Positions 7,913 through 10,381 of a stretch of 10,381 bases of DNA are shown here, one piece after another. This stretch comes from Synechococcus sp. (GTDB taxonomy: Bacteria; Cyanobacteriota; Cyanobacteriia; Thermostichales; PCC-7336), in assembly GCA_051439425.1 (NCBI GenBank), contig JBFRWD010000035.1:1-10381 (forward strand), written 5' to 3'. The position numbers were made by a program, and so were the translations under genes. How positions within the stretch are numbered: position 1 is the stretch's first letter; each line of letters begins with the position of its first letter. The notes under the pieces are model-generated. The model was not told the DNA's origin and searched no databases. It saw nothing but the letters and a program-made list of their open reading frames with translations.

Positions 7913-8536
7913 ATGCGACGGACATTGGCCGCGATTCACGAAGCCACGATCGCCTACGTGGCAGTGGGCAGCCGCAAGCCTTGGCTCGCCCTAGGAGTAA
8001 CGGCCCTGACCGCTCTGTTTGCTGCCAGTACGGTGCTGACTCAGAATTTCGATTTCACGACGGTGACGGCGAATGCGTTTGCAATGTCTTGGTCGAGTGC
8101 GGAATGGACGAAGCGCAGGCGGCTACTGGCGTCCGGGACTGACGAACTAATTGGGAGGACATCGATGGTTGCAACCCTGACCGAGACGGACAAACAGACG
8201 TTTCCGCAAATTGCGGCGGCAATTGCAGAGGCGGATAGTGTCGAGCTCTATCCCGAAGATTTTGTGCCTACCAGCATCGATTTGTATTGCGATGGGTCGA
8301 TTGAACCGGCGATTTCGGTGGTGAACGGCGAGGTGGTGCAAACCACGTGGGTGCAGCCGGACTACCTGCCGGTGGCATTGGAGCTGCATTTGGATAGCGA
8401 GATTGCTCTGGCGGTAATTGGCAAGAGGGTGATTCTCAATCGCTTGGTGAATTTGACGGGAATGAGTGGATGGCCGCTCGATCGCAATTTGACGACATTG
8501 GTGAGTTCGTGGATAGGAGACGAAATCGATGGCTGA
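7913..8536 (+). CDS. Hypothetical protein with N-terminal hydrophobic segment (207 aa)
   Basis: Near-perfect SD AAGGAGGT (7899-7906) before ATG 7913 favours this start over TTG 7823. Hydrophobic stretch PWLALGVTALTALFAASTVL. Stop overlaps the next ATG (ATGGCTGA, 8529-8536). A second in-frame ATG at 8165 has its own GGAGG. Confidence 0.65.
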   Translation: MRRTLAAIHEATIAYVAVGSRKPWLALGVTALTALFAASTVLTQNFDFTTVTANAFAMSWSSAEWTKRRRLLASGTDELIGRTSMVATLTETDKQTFPQIAAAIAEADSVELYPEDFVPTSIDLYCDGSIEPAISVVNGEVVQTTWVQPDYLPVALELHLDSEIALAVIGKRVILNRLVNLTGMSGWPLDRNLTTLVSSWIGDEIDG

Positions 8537-9812
8537 TGGAATTGATAAGGCTGGGGCCGATCGCGCGGCCCAGGCTTCGGCAGAAGTGCAGTCGGAAACG
8601 GCGCGGGTTATTGCGCTGGCGATTGCTACGGCGATCGCTCAGTTGAAAAGGACTGGAGAGGCACAATCCGTTCGAGACAGTTTGACTGTTGAAGGGGAGG
8701 AGCGGATGCCACTGGTCAAGATAAAGGTGGGCGGGCGCAATGTGTTTGTGGGACGACCTAGGGAAGAGCCTCAGAAAAATTTAGTGACTGAAGACATTCT
8801 CGAAAAGATTCGAACAGCGATCGATCGTCCCGAAGATTACAAGGGAATTTTCTCCATTCAGGTGGGTGGTGAGGTGGTTTACCGAGTGCAGAATGGGGAG
8901 GTGAAACTGCAGACAGTGAGCCAGGAAGAGTTGCAGCAAGCTGTTGCTGCTGTGTTCGAAGACTTCGATCGCGATCAAGAGAATCAGCTGGATACAGCTG
9001 AGGTACAGCAAGCCGACAAGGATCGAGCCAACGAGGCTTCTATTGAGGGGTCGGAGTCTCGGGAAGAGGTCGCCCCTTCCCAATCTGCGGAAGACATTAG
9101 CCAGTCGCTCCAGCAGGAATTGGTGGACTTGCGGCAGCGGATGCTGATCTACGAAGAACGGCTGAACAAGCTGGAGGAATTAGTTGATAGCGGTCAGTTG
9201 GTTCCGGTTTCCGAGGCGGCTTCTCAAGCTTTGACCAGAGTGGAGAGATCTGAGAATATCGCTCCAGTTAACGAGCTATTCAATGGCGTGACGAAGACCG
9301 CCAAGGATGCCGTTCGGTTGGCAGGGACGCAGGTGCAAGAGAAGCGGGAGCAGTTGGTCGAACGGTTTGCTCGCAATGTGATGCGGCCGATGAAGCTGGC
9401 CGAGAGTGCTACCAAGACGAAATTAGCTTCGATGGCTCTGAATACTGTGGGGCATCGAGCTTTTGCGAGAGCGGCTACGGCGGATGTGTTGCAGAAGGCT
9501 GCTTTGATTGCCCATGTTCAGGGGGATAGTCAGAACGGGGCTAGGGTTTGGACTGGCGAGCAATACGAAGTTCGATACGACCAATCTGGTTTGGTTGTAA
9601 GAGACCGAGAGGGTGATCGGGGGGAGATTTTGGCGACTGAGGGGCGATCGGTGAAGCAGAACAGACTGCAACTGCGGGATGTTGCTTTGATTGGGGATGC
9701 GGGGATTGGGGCTACGCAGGTTTTGGCGGCAGCTCGAAGGGCACATGCGGCTATTAATGGCGATCGAGAACATCCCAAGGGTCAGAATTTGCTATCGACC
9801 GGTGGACGTTAG
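8529..9812 (+). CDS. Hypothetical soluble protein with central coiled coil (427 aa)
   Basis: Long ORF, AGGAG SD about 8-9 nt upstream, coupled to the previous stop. Heptad segment SQSLQQELVDLRQRMLIYEERLNKLEELVD (about 9099-9188). No catalytic motif recognised. Confidence 0.8.
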   Translation: MADGIDKAGADRAAQASAEVQSETARVIALAIATAIAQLKRTGEAQSVRDSLTVEGEERMPLVKIKVGGRNVFVGRPREEPQKNLVTEDILEKIRTAIDRPEDYKGIFSIQVGGEVVYRVQNGEVKLQTVSQEELQQAVAAVFEDFDRDQENQLDTAEVQQADKDRANEASIEGSESREEVAPSQSAEDISQSLQQELVDLRQRMLIYEERLNKLEELVDSGQLVPVSEAASQALTRVERSENIAPVNELFNGVTKTAKDAVRLAGTQVQEKREQLVERFARNVMRPMKLAESATKTKLASMALNTVGHRAFARAATADVLQKAALIAHVQGDSQNGARVWTGEQYEVRYDQSGLVVRDREGDRGEILATEGRSVKQNRLQLRDVALIGDAGIGATQVLAAARRAHAAINGDREHPKGQNLLSTGGR

Positions 9813-10100
9813 AGCAAATACTTTCGAGAGAGAGAGCATTACGAAAAGCCTGAATTTTGGGCAATTCTTTGCTCGAGAAACGAGCGCTGAGTTAGCGCAA
9901 TGCAGTTGGATATTGACAAACATGAAAGCCATCTAGATGTCATCATAATGACTACCGGCTTACTTACATCGACCTAAAATCTCCAATCAGTAGCTGTACA
10001 AATAGCCGATACCAGAAGATGAAACACCACACAAAATTCATCACTGGTAAACATGCAGCTAGGGCAGTCCGCTATATTGACAATATTGGCCATATTTAGG

Positions 10101-10381
10101 TTAGTAAAGCTCATAATATGAATCTTGACCTAGATGTTTGACATATCGCCTAACCAACTTCGACAACTCATCAGCTTCGCCAATCAGAATCCAGTTATCT
10201 ATTGCCCCAAAAAAGCAATATCGTTCAGCAACAAACTGACGCCTTTTTACATCTACCAAAACGAACCGCATCATTGGCGAATAGGTTTCAAATTCATCAA
10301 TTATGCCTGGAATATTTTTCCCTCTTGTGCCAGGTGCTGACTCGAATAATTTTTGAAAGAGTACATATATCTTGGTTAACT
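10101..10381 (-). CDS. 3' part of a hypothetical protein (92 aa visible), start lies beyond the right edge
   Basis: Manual translation from 10379 is open to TAA at 10101-10103: LTKIYVLFQKLFESAPGTRGKNIPGIIDEFETYSPMMRFVLVDVKRRQFVAERYCFFGAIDNWILIGEADELSKLVRRYVKHLGQDSYYELY*. Protein-like composition. The C-terminus resembles a conserved bacterial hypothetical family (from recall, not searched). Confidence 0.75.
   Translation of the reverse strand, partial: LTKIYVLFQKLFESAPGTRGKNIPGIIDEFETYSPMMRFVLVDVKRRQFVAERYCFFGAIDNWILIGEADELSKLVRRYVKHLGQDSYYELY

Larger units (their letters stand above)
119..8638. repeat. Dispersed HIP1 palindromes (GCGATCGC), cyanobacterial genome signature
   Basis: Copies read at 119, 399, 561, 2868, 4909, 5959, 6412, 7582, 7684 and 8631, plus many near-copies with the CGATCG core. 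Fewer than one copy would be expected by chance in 10 kb. Confidence 0.9.

Noticed and set aside
7656..7994. 112-aa plus-strand ORF, and the TTG 7823 start of the following gene
   Set aside because: They run through the AT-rich regulatory region without an SD. ATG 7913 has a near-perfect SD.
9826..9836. (GA)n tract downstream of the 427-aa gene, and a possible terminator
   Set aside because: Too short to be meaningful. No GC-rich hairpin followed by a U-run was found.
10134..10340. 68-aa plus-strand ORF
   Set aside because: Antisense to a longer, more protein-like minus-strand frame (10101->10381).
1..10381. CRISPR array, tRNA/rRNA, IS element or integrase
   Set aside because: No regularly spaced repeats, RNA-gene signatures, terminal inverted repeats or recombinase/transposase motifs were seen.

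Overview
Most likely part of a cyanobacterial conjugative element (plasmid or ICE), based on about 10 HIP1 octamers (GCGATCGC) and the protein families seen. Bases 1-7632 carry a tightly coupled minus-strand operon that looks like a cyanobacteria-type (MPF_C) type IV secretion / mating-pair-formation cluster. In transcription order: pilin-like protein (7108-7632), a VirB4-family ATPase with a VirB3-like membrane domain apparently fused to its N-terminus (3901-7038), a secreted helical protein (3033-3974), a VirB6-like polytopic membrane protein (1934-3040), a VirB8-like bitopic protein (1129-1929), and a TrbI/VirB10-like protein that runs off the left edge and is absent from the ORF track (<1-1132). 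An AT-rich divergent control region with an inverted repeat (7633-7912) precedes a two-gene plus-strand operon of unknown function (7913-8536, 8529-9812). The AT-rich right end holds the 3' part of a convergent hypothetical gene, also absent from the track (10101->10381). No relaxase, coupling protein, VirB11, integrase, RNA gene or CRISPR array is visible. Family calls come from motifs, topology and gene order read by eye, with no database search.
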